A DNA stretch of 64,000 nucleotides from Halocafeteria seosinensis (lineage: Eukaryota), in the NCBI GenBank assembly GCA_001687465.1, contig LVLI01001229.1, forward strand, positions 1 through 64,000, written 5' to 3'. Positions 40,400-50,877 of this stretch are shown here, one piece after another. Numbering within the stretch: position 1 is the stretch's first letter; every line of letters starts with the position of its first letter. Under the pieces are notes generated by a model. That model was not told the origin of the DNA and ran no database searches. It saw nothing but the letters and a program-made list of their open reading frames with translations. The translations under genes were made by a program, and so were the position numbers.

Positions 40400-41906
40400 G
40401 AGGAGGGTCGCAGGTTGAAGTTTGAAAACTCGAGCGATTGAGCTAGTATTAGCGCGTCTCTTTCCAAACAAAACGAGATTTCAGAGGCAATAAAAAATAC
40501 CTATGCCATTGCGGGGTCTATATCTGTCTATGGTATGGACTGCGTCCGGCTGCGCGGCAGAATGCCGCACCGTACAATCTTTCCTTCAGGTTCTGAGGGC
40601 AGGAATCCACTTTGCGGCAACGAAAGCGAGGAGTGTGCAATAGAGAGTAAGTATAATATGGCCGGGTAATTCTTATCGTAGTGGTTCGTTTTCAATATAA
40701 GGAAACAATGTGGAGACAAATCTGAAAATTATTACCAATCTCTTGTTCAAGGTGTAGTATCTTCTTCGTTGGTGCACCTAGAAGCTATGGAAGGTCGGTA
40801 GGTTGCTGGAAGTACTTGAGGCGACTGCCCGTACTGGTGCAATCTCTACCGCATGTTTGCTTAGTGCAGTGCCGTTGCGTTTGAAAGAATAAAGACTCAT
40901 CGTCGTGTAGTGAGTGGGAAAAGTTTGCTTCCAATCATTTCCGTTTACAACTAGGACTTCGTCTTCCGTGGTTGTTCGGTAACCGAATCCAGGGAGCATC
41001 TGAAGGAAAAATGCAACAATATGTCCCACAGTATCGTCAGTGCATCCTCAGGAAATGCTATTTTCTCCAGAACCGTGGTGCAGTGGGCTCCCGATTCAAA
41101 ACTACAGTATTTGCTTGTATTCGTGCGGAGAGCTGACCTGAGTTCAGCTGTAGAATTCCAGCCATGACATTGGCGACGTTACCAGGTACCTGTTCCCTCG
41201 ACAGAAATACAACGAGTTTTAAGCACAATTACAATTGCACAACGTCCAATGCTTCTATTGCGTCGGACTCATTCCGACCTCCATGTGTCACATCACCGTC
41301 GAAGCAAGGACAGGCTCCAGACCCACTTAGCACAACAAGCATCAAAGCTCCAAGAGTTTCCCATCAAGGCTTCTAAAGGATGAAGAGTCTCCTCCGATCG
41401 ATATGCGCTCCTAAACATTGGTATGACGGTTATATCTGTATGCCGCAGAAAGTGGTTTTTGTCCCCTGTAGCACTCCCTCGTAAGAGGAATTCAATCCCG
41501 TTCGGCTCTTCAAGTCATTCGGCAGTTCCAAGGTGTCCATGGTGAGAGGCTTATCCGGGAAATACTGATAGTTGCGTCGACACAAAGGTGATTCACGCAA
41601 GTCCAGAGTACATCTTTTTCCATCCAACTTAGGTGTTCATTACTGGTCCGGCTTGCGGACTGGTTGGAGTGACGAGCACCAGCACCACCTGTTACTGCCC
41701 GGTATTGCACCCAGAATAGAGAATTTCAGAAGACCGAAACTACCCCGCGAAGCTGGCAAAATAACCATCACTTACTGGTATTCATTGCGTCAGCGTCGCT
41801 TGGCTGGTGCAAGTTGCTTCTGAAGGTCCCACAAAACTGGAGAGTGGAGGATTCGAATCGTTGGGTGGCTCAGCTATCACGAAGAGAAAAAAAAAATAAT
41901 TTGAAA

Positions 41907-43970
41907 ATGAAGCCAAAGGAACGGAGGATGTTGTACTGTACTATCAGCGTTTTTAACAAGCTCTCGGAGCGGCAGCGCCGACAAAAGATGTCTATTTACA
42001 GAATGGTAGTGACCGTACTGATATTGGGTTTCATGGCTTTGGTTCAGAATGCTCCAAGAAAAGAAGAGACTCAAGAAGGCGATTTCTTCCGTCGTGACGG
42101 CAATGCTGATTGGAGAAAGGCAATGATTGCAGAGTCATTCCAGGATAATTTCCCAGAACCACCAGACTCTCGGTATACAAATTCTTCTGATGCGACGCCA
42201 TGTTGGAACGCTTCCTTGTACTGGTTGTTTGCGATGCCTCTAGTACTTCGGTCACAGACGTCGCTATCCACGACTATTACAGTAGCTATGCTGTTCATAC
42301 TGCTGAATGCAACTTCCAGGAACGCAGTTCCGGAAACTGACCTGCGAGACGCGATAACTGCGGGCAATCAATCATGCTTTCTGTACAGCCACCAATCTGG
42401 TCTGTTCCAGTTGGCTTGCCACGTGAACTGGCTTGACTTCGGCTATGACAACAACACCTACATATCGCTGCGATCCGCCGAGACGTTTGAAGGAAACGAC
42501 TACACAATTGACCTCCATGGAATAGACCAGTTCTCCGGTATGTTTGTTTCTGACCTTCAGGAGCATGCATACCCTATGAATAGTATACCAGTCATTCGTA
42601 ATCTGCACATGAAGCGAGGCAGTACAAGTTATATGGGTGGTTTCGTGGTCCGTTCGAATCAACGGTACATACGAGTGCACTCTTGTAGTTCTTCAGGTGA
42701 AACTCGCGGAGGCACGACTTCAGAGGGTTTAGAGTTCGGTGGAGGCGGTATTTGTGGAGCTCGCTGCGGAGAGGAGGGGCAAGTAGAGATAGTTGGTTGC
42801 TGGTCCAGCGGGAACATTGTCGGTATTCGTGCAGGTGGTATAGCAGGGCATCATGTTGGGGGCAACTTTGGTGTCGTCAACATATCGCATTGCAGTTCCA
42901 GCGGGCGAGTAGAGGCAGATCAGGGAGGAGGTCTTGTTGGTAGATTTGCAGGTCATGACAACGGAGAGGTCTACATTTTTCAGTCGTACTCCACAGGCGA
43001 TATCACTGGATGGCGGTGCGGAGGTATTGCAGGGAGTCAAGCAGGTTCTCGTTCTGCACTTGTGTCCGTGTCGCAGTGCTTTTCGGTAGGTAATATCGAA
43101 GGAAGTGACGCAGGTGGTCTTCTTGGAGGCGCTGCTGGTTGGGAGGGTACTGTCAGAGTGATAGATTCTTATTCACGCGGAGTAATTAAAGAATCGGGAG
43201 AAACTGGAGGCATTTGCGGATTCCATGCTGGGGCTGATGGAGGCGGTGTGTTTGTTGAGAATTGTTATGCTTCAGGAAGTGTTGAGAATCCTAGCCACAA
43301 TGGAGGCTTGCTAGGTAGCATCGATGCTAACCCGGGGAAAGTCGAAATTGTGTACTGTGTTTTCTCATCTGGTAAAGATTCGGGGGCCAGCATGATCGGA
43401 CGTAACCAAGGGGCAGTGAGTGCAAGTTTAGGCAATTCAGCAAACCTGAATGACATTCAAGGGAGGCTCTATTTTTTTAACGGCTCAAGAAGGTGGTCGA
43501 CTGATCATTGGAGCATCGGGAAAGCTAGTGAGCCCGAGATACTTTCGCAATCGTCTAGCCAGGATTTACCCATACTTCGTTTTCAGCTTCCGTCTGCCAG
43601 TCCAACAGTTACTAGCACTCCGACTGGTTCTAGTGAGTCGACGGAATCACCCACAGCTTCGTCGTCAATCTCAGCATCTTCCGAATGGACAGCGTCACCC
43701 ACAACTTCCCCGTCTAGCTCAGTCTCTTCGGATCGGACAACATCACCCACGCATTCACCTTCTGGCTCAGCATCAGCAAGGAGCGCTTCTCCTCCAATTG
43801 AGTCTCGACAGCATACGCTGAACCCAGAGCATACGGTTTCATCGGCGCCTTCCCGGTTTCGTAGTGCACAATCGCCCAACTATAGCTCGAATTTGCACGG
43901 GTCACAATTCTCTCGTAAGAAACCATTACAGGTACAGCGGGGACAGCGTGCCATCCAAGCAGACCAGTGA
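41907..43970 (+). CDS. Secreted/surface GLUG-like repeat protein (G2: leader - G module - Ser/Thr/Pro tail)
   Basis: ORF 41814..43970, first ATG 41907. Several hydrophobic segments, then DLRDAI.AGNQSCF (~42340), GGIxG/CxSxG repeats, LPILRFQ (~43586) and an S/T/P-rich tail. Confidence 0.85.
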   Translation: MKPKERRMLYCTISVFNKLSERQRRQKMSIYRMVVTVLILGFMALVQNAPRKEETQEGDFFRRDGNADWRKAMIAESFQDNFPEPPDSRYTNSSDATPCWNASLYWLFAMPLVLRSQTSLSTTITVAMLFILLNATSRNAVPETDLRDAITAGNQSCFLYSHQSGLFQLACHVNWLDFGYDNNTYISLRSAETFEGNDYTIDLHGIDQFSGMFVSDLQEHAYPMNSIPVIRNLHMKRGSTSYMGGFVVRSNQRYIRVHSCSSSGETRGGTTSEGLEFGGGGICGARCGEEGQVEIVGCWSSGNIVGIRAGGIAGHHVGGNFGVVNISHCSSSGRVEADQGGGLVGRFAGHDNGEVYIFQSYSTGDITGWRCGGIAGSQAGSRSALVSVSQCFSVGNIEGSDAGGLLGGAAGWEGTVRVIDSYSRGVIKESGETGGICGFHAGADGGGVFVENCYASGSVENPSHNGGLLGSIDANPGKVEIVYCVFSSGKDSGASMIGRNQGAVSASLGNSANLNDIQGRLYFFNGSRRWSTDHWSIGKASEPEILSQSSSQDLPILRFQLPSASPTVTSTPTGSSESTESPTASSSISASSEWTASPTTSPSSSVSSDRTTSPTHSPSGSASARSASPPIESRQHTLNPEHTVSSAPSRFRSAQSPNYSSNLHGSQFSRKKPLQVQRGQRAIQADQ

Positions 43971-44404
43971 ACGGCTCTTAAAAACTGCATACTATTGCGA
44001 TAAGTATATAGAAAATGTACAACTAGAGTTGGGTTGAATGTTACCATACATCGCCGGACCGTGCTTCCAGAGTTGAAGTGTTCCAGACGCACAAACCTAC
44101 AGATAATAGTTACGAAGCTCGTATATATCATTGCTAGGGGAATTTACTTACTGCATAACATATGAATCCTCGATTATCCTCGAAATCGGTTGTTTATAAA
44201 TTTCGCTTCCTCCAGCTCCGGGTATCATTTTGATGAATTGCAGCCTTGCGAGAAATGGAGTTGTGGGCGTTCGCATGGGAGTTGCCGGCTAGTTGTGGAA
44301 CAAACGATACATCATTATAATGTTCCACCTATGTGCATAACGTAGTATACGATCTTACCTGCCTGTATTCCCACTAGATTGTTTAATACAATGCTGGTGT
44401 ACCT

Positions 44405-44428
44405 CGTTCGCAGCTGCACTGCAGCAGC
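44405..44428 (+). promoter_or_regulatory. Conserved non-coding block ~1 kb upstream of G3 (second copy at 51823-51846 upstream of G4)
   Basis: CGTTCGCAGCTGCACTGCAGCAGC vs CGTTCGCAACTGCACTGCAGCAGC (23/24 identical), within weakly alignable upstream DNA. A regulatory function is inference only. Confidence 0.35.
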
Positions 44429-45408
44429 TTCCCCATACACCTAGGGTACGCAAATTGAATATCGCTCGCTTCACATGCCTGGCAAGAACGGGATCGCAGA
44501 AAGTATGTGATGTCGCACTTCGGATCTATGCTACAGCGGACGACAGCATATCAGGCTGCATCCACGGTCCTCGACACGTCATTGCCTGGACTTCGAATTT
44601 TCGAGGCAAACCAGCAACAAATAACCAATCCACACATAATCCTCAACCCGCTGGGAGGGGTGTATTTGCACTCAATATAGCTATGAGAATGTGTCCCTTT
44701 CTCATAATCCCCTTATTCACTTCGCTACAACACCGTACGACTTCCGGGGTTATTCTCCAGCAAAACCATTCCCCCGATTCCCTCGGCGACTCGTCCGTAG
44801 GGGTATACGAGCTACTCTTGTATACGGCCGGGTTGACTTACTGCGAGTTTCCCTTTGCTCCGAATGTGATGCTAACTTTCTAATCTGTTGGAATTGGGAA
44901 AAGCCTCGCACACTCACGATATCCTCAGTCTCCCCCTACGGGTCCCGAAGCGTTTTTGTTCCCCGACTGAAACCCTTCGTAAATTCTTCAACCGGATTCC
45001 ATAACCTGTTGGAACAACTCAAACCAGGACGTCCCGGCACTTGGTGCGTTGTAATATTTACTGTGTACGCGAATTGTTAAGGCGTTTCAGTACATTACAG
45101 GGCATTTTCGGGGCCATTGTTCATGGACTGCACAGGAACTCGTCTTACGGGTCGTGTTTGATTGCATAGCACCAAGAGATTGTGTGGGACGTGTCGGCGG
45201 GAAGTCTCTCGACATTCGCCATCGCTATTCTCTACTGAGGCCATAAGAAAGTTGCCCTCTCCAGAAATCTTCGTCTCTGTACTTTGTAGGAATTCTGCGT
45301 TGGGAGACTACTGTTAGTTGATATATCCGTCATAAACGTAAACCTATTCCTAAGAGCCGGTCGGGAAGGAGTTTCTTTCGGTTCCGGTCCGTGCAAGGTT
45401 TCCAGATT

Positions 45409-48400
45409 ATGACGGGGGAAACTGAAAACCGAGACAGGAATAGCTGTCAGCTGCGAACGGTGTCTGCAGCAAGTCCCGAATCCAGGCATTTTGGCGTTGG
45501 ACTGGCAGACAGGCGCACTCGTGGACCTACAGCCTTTTCTCCATACCGCCAACTTACTCCAGGTAATCAACAAGGGGCAAGGGTGCTACACTTCATCGCA
45601 CACGTCGGTACCTTTTGCCTCGTAGTTGTATTTCTAAGAGCGAGCAGAGTAACTGCTGTATCCCTGAGATCGGACGTATTGGATGGTGCAGAACTTTGCA
45701 TCGAATATAACTCATCAGAATACCGTTTCGAGCAACTGTGCGATATCCCATGGGAAAGTCGTGGATATCAGCAAGACGACTATATTGAATTGCATACCTC
45801 GGAAGTGTTTGATGGCCGCAATCATGTGGTAGACCTATCTGGCATGACTGACTTCGAGGGCATTTTTCGCGTTAATAATGTCAATAGTTATGAGGAAGCT
45901 CCCCTAATTGAAAACGTCGACACCATCAATGGCAAGACCACAACGGATGGTGGATTCATCCTGCAGACACGGCAACAGTTCTTTCGAGTTCACAACTGTA
46001 GCTCAGCGGGAGAAATCGGAGGGGAAAAGAGCGGTGGAATTGCCGGCGCGTTTCCTGGCGAGAACAATGGCAAAGCAATCATCGATAACTGCCGCAGTAC
46101 GGGCGACATTACAAACATCGGCGCTGGTGGTATCGTGGGGAAACGCGCGGGCCACTCAGGAGGCGTCGCCAATGTTACCAGATGCTCTTCATCGGGAGAC
46201 TTTGTTGCCGACGGGCGTTGGTCTGGTGGTATTGCTGGTGCGGAGGTAGGAATGGGCGGACTTGCTGAAATTCACTTTTGCTTTTCTACAGGAGACAGCG
46301 TGGTGAACGCAATAGGCGGAATCTGCGGTGGTGCTGCTGGGGAAGGCGATGGTTCTGTCTATGTGACACATTGCCATTCCACAGGACAGCTTGGCGGAAA
46401 AGGAAACGGTGGTATTGTAGGAAGTGGGGCCGGAATGGAAGGTGCTTACGTCTACGTATCTCAATGTTTCTCTCGAGGGAACATTAGTGGAACTGAGAGT
46501 GGAGGTATAGCTGGTAGTGATGCCGCTGAGGCCGGTTTCGCTGGAGACAGTTTGTTGGAAATACATGATTCGTATTCTACAGGTACGGTAGGTTCACAGA
46601 GCACCGAATCAGGGGGTATCTGTGGGTCCACTGCAGGAGAAGGAGGGGGTACTGTGCGCATCAGAAATGTATATATGCTCTCCAGTCCTCCACAAGGAAG
46701 AGCATACATGATTGGGAGTATACACGCAGATGCAAACGAAATAGAAATCAGTTATTCGGTGCATAATGACAGCCTAGATTTGGGTCTCGTAGAGGTTAAT
46801 TCCGGTGACAGTAACACATTCAAACATCAAGGGAATTCGGGTAAACTGGTTGACATACAAGGCCAACTATATCATTCTAATGGAACCCGGATCTGGTCGA
46901 CTGAACTATGGAGTATTTCCAAGGCAGATCCGGATAACTATCCAAAACTACGATTCCAAATTACCGGCAACAGCATCGGTGAGCCACGCACCTACGGGTC
47001 TACTCCCACTCCAAGTCCAACTCCTAGCGTCACGTCTACCGTCACTCCGACACCAACGAGCGTGACCAATGCCACGCAATTCCTTATTGACACTCTTGAT
47101 ACATTGGAGGAGGGTTATGACTTCGCGGTGAACGATGAAACTACAACAGAGGATTTCATTGGTTTTTTGCCCCGTATTGCTGGATCCAGCGCGCTGACGA
47201 CTTCTGTGGGAGAACGCGTGTTGGATTTACTTAGCCGTGTGTTGGCAAATAACTTTGACAAAGACACTGATCAATTCCGGTACAGTGATAGCCTCGCAAG
47301 TAAAGCTGTTACAGTGGTATCGCTAGTACTTTTTAATGACATAGAGAAGAAAGCGTCTCATTTTGCCTCGGCGGAATTAGCATTGCAACTCACGTCTCGG
47401 TCCCAACTGGTCGCTCGAGTTGCTGGCTCGCCTACAAAGAGCGCAAGCACGTTGTTCAATGAGCTTTCTACCTTCTGTAACCAGACATTCTTTGGCATCG
47501 TATTTGGCCGACGTATTGCCAGTTCTGGGGATATCGAAATTAGCCCTGCTGGGAGCGAACACGGAATTGGGATAAGTGCTGTGGAGTTCGAGGATTGTGA
47601 CCAAACTCCAACGTTTACAACCAGCTTAGACAGGACGAAACCCTCAATTTCGCGTGGGAATGTGCAAACTCCTTTATTTAGCAATGTGGAAGAGGCGGAC
47701 GTTGTGGCTGAAGAATACGTATATCCACCCGCCCCCGTATTTCAAGGGCCAGCGATCGAAGCTGCCGCAGCAGATTCAAATATAGCTCAACATCTTGTCT
47801 CTTTACTTGATGAGCACATCAAATCTATATTGCCCAATGGCGACGTATTCAGAAACGGAAGTAGTGGTATCAGCCTGAAAGAAAGCCAGGGGCTCCCCAG
47901 GAATCGTCGGCAACTGCCCGATGAGGTGATTGGCCCAATAGAGACTCACAAACTGCCCCGTCAGATTGCATCAAAAACGCTGCGCGTTTCAGGGTTTGCG
48001 ACAGGTCTTAACGAACCACAAGCCCTTGACATCGCCAGCCCCGTCAACATAACGCTGGCGCTCTATCCGGAGCTAGATCCGATCTCTTTGACTAGCGCTC
48101 CCGAGGTCACGAGGCTATCGTCTGGCGAAATGAACCTCTTATCTCGTACTGGAACTTGCCCAAAGAGTTCTAAAGGGAACTCATCGTCCTTCACCATAGA
48201 GTGTACGGATCTCCTTTCTGGTAATTCTAAGGACATCACGATTGAATGCGATCCTCAGCAAGCGGGAGCTAGCGTTGAGGTCTTTTGCTCGCAGTCAGTT
48301 ATAATCCCGGTCCTGTTGCACTCACCGAATGCTTCCTCATATTGGAGCGATGATAGTATAACAACGGGTAGCATGCAATTTGACGGTCGAAAAATTGCAG

Positions 48401-50877
48401 GAGAAACAAAAGATTTAGGAGCGTTTTCTTCCAGTTTGCTGACAGTGGAAACATTGACAATGGGGAAACTTCTTACCCCCTCCCCATTCCCAACATCTAC
48501 GCCCACTGCGACGGCGACACACACCACCACGGGAACTCCAAGTGTAACCCCCACACCGTTTAGTACGACCAGTACCCCATCAACAACACCGAGCAAGTCT
48601 ATGGGTGCATTTCCTAGCAGTACCCGTACAGCGACTGTGACACCAAGCAACATCTCAGCGCCTACCATCGTGGATGGTCCCCGAATGGACTCACTGGAAT
48701 CCTTCATGACTATTTCATTTGATGTAGCGACGAATCGCGGTGGGAAGGACGTAGTGTTTGATTGCCTGGATTTGCTTTACTCGGAGCTCGGGAGGAAGGC
48801 TGCAGTGTTCAGTGAATGCTATTGGGCCAGTGATACAGAGCTATACATAGAACTACAGTCGCCCGAGTTGACTCGCCAGGAGTTTGGTAAATCGATCACC
48901 GTAGGAAGCAAAATAACGCTTATTGGGGGATTGATTCAACGCCAGGAACCATCCGCGGCCCATCCGTGGGCAAATTTAACTGTTGCTCCCAGCGAGTCGC
49001 TCCCCTCAGTAGACTTTGACGTCTCGTACTCAGAGATACTTAATATATGTGAAGACTTGGAGGTTAGAGTCACGTATGCTCTTGGAGATAGCCGCTCCAC
49101 AGACATTCTTTGGACATGGATGCTACAATCTGTGGTTACTAAGATTGGAACTGATATTACTACTTCCGATACTACGGCGGAGATACGTTCTGCAGTGGAT
49201 TCGGCAAATGCTGGGAACCGTGATTCCATCTTCGTCGGGAAACTGGGTTTGCCAAAGGAAGTGACGGTTAGGTTACTTTTAAGAGGGGAAAATGTGTACG
49301 GAAGCTTCAAAGAAAAGAACATTAGGATAGGAATTGAGGGACAGTATGCTCCTTCAATAGAATTCCATGAAGAGCCTGGAGGCTCCATCGAGAGTGCTGA
49401 AGAGGCAGTGTTCCGATTATCCTCATCACTGAAGGCATGTGTGCTCTCCAATGTGGGCGACCCATCAGATTTCACCTTTAGTTATCAGTGGTCCGTATTC
49501 AATCCTGTTGCAGAGAAATTGGATATTTCGGCATTCTCAACTCCCGATCCTCGGAGGTTGGTCATCCCTGCATCATCTCTTCTTCCGTTCGTCGATCCGT
49601 ATTTTATTTTTGTGAATGTAACTGCGGAGTCTCATCAGCGGCGACTAGCAGGCTCTAGAGCCATGACTCTGACCGTGTCACCCAGTTCTGTGGTTGCCTC
49701 TATAGAAGGGGGTAGTCGCGCTGCCGACGTAGCCTCAAAACTGGTGCTAAATGCCGTCAACAGTAGGAGTCCAGACGAAGAGTTGAAGAATCTTCCATCT
49801 AGTTGGGTATTTGGGAAGCGACTCTCGTGGAAGTGCGAGACAAAGGGCATTAACTGCACTGACTTCCTCATCAATGCTGAGTCCACCAAGGTCGGACAAA
49901 CACTGGAAATCCAACCAGACAATCTGCAAAATTTAAAAGCTCAAATTAGCCCAGATCGAGAGCTTCCAGTGCATTTCACTGTGTCGGTCAGCCTGGACCT
50001 GGATCGTGGAGCTAGTTCTATCTTTCACTCAGAAGACTCCAAGACTGTTACTATTACTCTGTTGGAGGCAGTAGTACCCACTGTCTTTTCTGAGAACTTC
50101 CACCCTAGCGAGGCAGAAAGAACCACTGTAGGGGATCACTCGTATTTCACAATCAACCCTGGATCAGAAGTGTGGATAAAGGCTCGCATAAACGAGTCTT
50201 CGGATACGACTGGCCGGTGGACACTTGTGGACGAGGATGCCTTGTCGTTAGATAGTATAATCGACACGCCCAGTGTTTCATCCAAGCAGTTGGTTATACG
50301 GCCAAATCAGCTGTTTCAGGCGAACCAATATCTTTTCCAGTATCGCAGTCAATTTGGGAATGGTTTCGACGACGATTGGGCTTCCGGATTTGCCGCATTT
50401 CGGGTGAAAGTGAATCAACCACCACGAGGAGGCCGGTTACTGATTAGTCCTTCTCCTTCAAGAGGGATTGTTGGCGATGTGGACGAAGTCCAGCTCATGG
50501 CTCGGGAATGGAAAGATAAGGATACTCCATTGCTCTATTCGTTTAGCGTGGGTTCTAGTGGGACCTTTATTCACAGTAAAACGCTTCGCTCTGCGAAGGA
50601 GCATCCAGAGATATCCTCCACCCTTCCTACTCCTCGCCGTGGCCACTCACTGTGGATATTTTTGGAGGTTCAAGACTCTTTAGGAGCTTCGGAGGTTTAT
50701 TCGCGTCAGATTTCCATTAACCGCCCATCAACCACCCAACTCGAAGAGGCTGTTGAAAGAAACCGGAAGAAAACGCGTGAATGCAGGAAGAGGAAGGATG
50801 CAAATTGCGCCGCTCGCGCTGCCCGAGAAGCAATGCGTGCAAAAAACCAGGATCTATTCATGCGGAGCTTTGATTGA
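45409..50877 (+). CDS. Modular surface protein G3: G (GLUG-like) - Thr/Pro linker - B (GAIN/GPS-like) - Thr/Pro linker - R (REJ-like)
   Basis: Intronless ~1,822-aa ORF. G ~45660-46960; B ~47075-48470; R ~48655-50800 with REJ-type motifs VASIEGG..LVLNAVNSRSPD, VNQPPRGGRLLISP, WKDKDTPLLYSF, LEVQDSLGA. Confidence 0.87.
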   Translation: MTGETENRDRNSCQLRTVSAASPESRHFGVGLADRRTRGPTAFSPYRQLTPGNQQGARVLHFIAHVGTFCLVVVFLRASRVTAVSLRSDVLDGAELCIEYNSSEYRFEQLCDIPWESRGYQQDDYIELHTSEVFDGRNHVVDLSGMTDFEGIFRVNNVNSYEEAPLIENVDTINGKTTTDGGFILQTRQQFFRVHNCSSAGEIGGEKSGGIAGAFPGENNGKAIIDNCRSTGDITNIGAGGIVGKRAGHSGGVANVTRCSSSGDFVADGRWSGGIAGAEVGMGGLAEIHFCFSTGDSVVNAIGGICGGAAGEGDGSVYVTHCHSTGQLGGKGNGGIVGSGAGMEGAYVYVSQCFSRGNISGTESGGIAGSDAAEAGFAGDSLLEIHDSYSTGTVGSQSTESGGICGSTAGEGGGTVRIRNVYMLSSPPQGRAYMIGSIHADANEIEISYSVHNDSLDLGLVEVNSGDSNTFKHQGNSGKLVDIQGQLYHSNGTRIWSTELWSISKADPDNYPKLRFQITGNSIGEPRTYGSTPTPSPTPSVTSTVTPTPTSVTNATQFLIDTLDTLEEGYDFAVNDETTTEDFIGFLPRIAGSSALTTSVGERVLDLLSRVLANNFDKDTDQFRYSDSLASKAVTVVSLVLFNDIEKKASHFASAELALQLTSRSQLVARVAGSPTKSASTLFNELSTFCNQTFFGIVFGRRIASSGDIEISPAGSEHGIGISAVEFEDCDQTPTFTTSLDRTKPSISRGNVQTPLFSNVEEADVVAEEYVYPPAPVFQGPAIEAAAADSNIAQHLVSLLDEHIKSILPNGDVFRNGSSGISLKESQGLPRNRRQLPDEVIGPIETHKLPRQIASKTLRVSGFATGLNEPQALDIASPVNITLALYPELDPISLTSAPEVTRLSSGEMNLLSRTGTCPKSSKGNSSSFTIECTDLLSGNSKDITIECDPQQAGASVEVFCSQSVIIPVLLHSPNASSYWSDDSITTGSMQFDGRKIAGETKDLGAFSSSLLTVETLTMGKLLTPSPFPTSTPTATATHTTTGTPSVTPTPFSTTSTPSTTPSKSMGAFPSSTRTATVTPSNISAPTIVDGPRMDSLESFMTISFDVATNRGGKDVVFDCLDLLYSELGRKAAVFSECYWASDTELYIELQSPELTRQEFGKSITVGSKITLIGGLIQRQEPSAAHPWANLTVAPSESLPSVDFDVSYSEILNICEDLEVRVTYALGDSRSTDILWTWMLQSVVTKIGTDITTSDTTAEIRSAVDSANAGNRDSIFVGKLGLPKEVTVRLLLRGENVYGSFKEKNIRIGIEGQYAPSIEFHEEPGGSIESAEEAVFRLSSSLKACVLSNVGDPSDFTFSYQWSVFNPVAEKLDISAFSTPDPRRLVIPASSLLPFVDPYFIFVNVTAESHQRRLAGSRAMTLTVSPSSVVASIEGGSRAADVASKLVLNAVNSRSPDEELKNLPSSWVFGKRLSWKCETKGINCTDFLINAESTKVGQTLEIQPDNLQNLKAQISPDRELPVHFTVSVSLDLDRGASSIFHSEDSKTVTITLLEAVVPTVFSENFHPSEAERTTVGDHSYFTINPGSEVWIKARINESSDTTGRWTLVDEDALSLDSIIDTPSVSSKQLVIRPNQLFQANQYLFQYRSQFGNGFDDDWASGFAAFRVKVNQPPRGGRLLISPSPSRGIVGDVDEVQLMAREWKDKDTPLLYSFSVGSSGTFIHSKTLRSAKEHPEISSTLPTPRRGHSLWIFLEVQDSLGASEVYSRQISINRPSTTQLEEAVERNRKKTRECRKRKDANCAARAAREAMRAKNQDLFMRSFD

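Noticed and set aside
35276..40471. Many short minus-strand P450 ORFs read as a fragmented pseudogene
   Set aside because: They join through canonical GT-AG introns into two intact ~500-aa proteins.
40500..41800. Short ORFs between P450 B and G2, also at 1-400 and 58200-59200
   Set aside because: No recognisable motifs and no consistent spliced model; treated as intergenic or decayed sequence.
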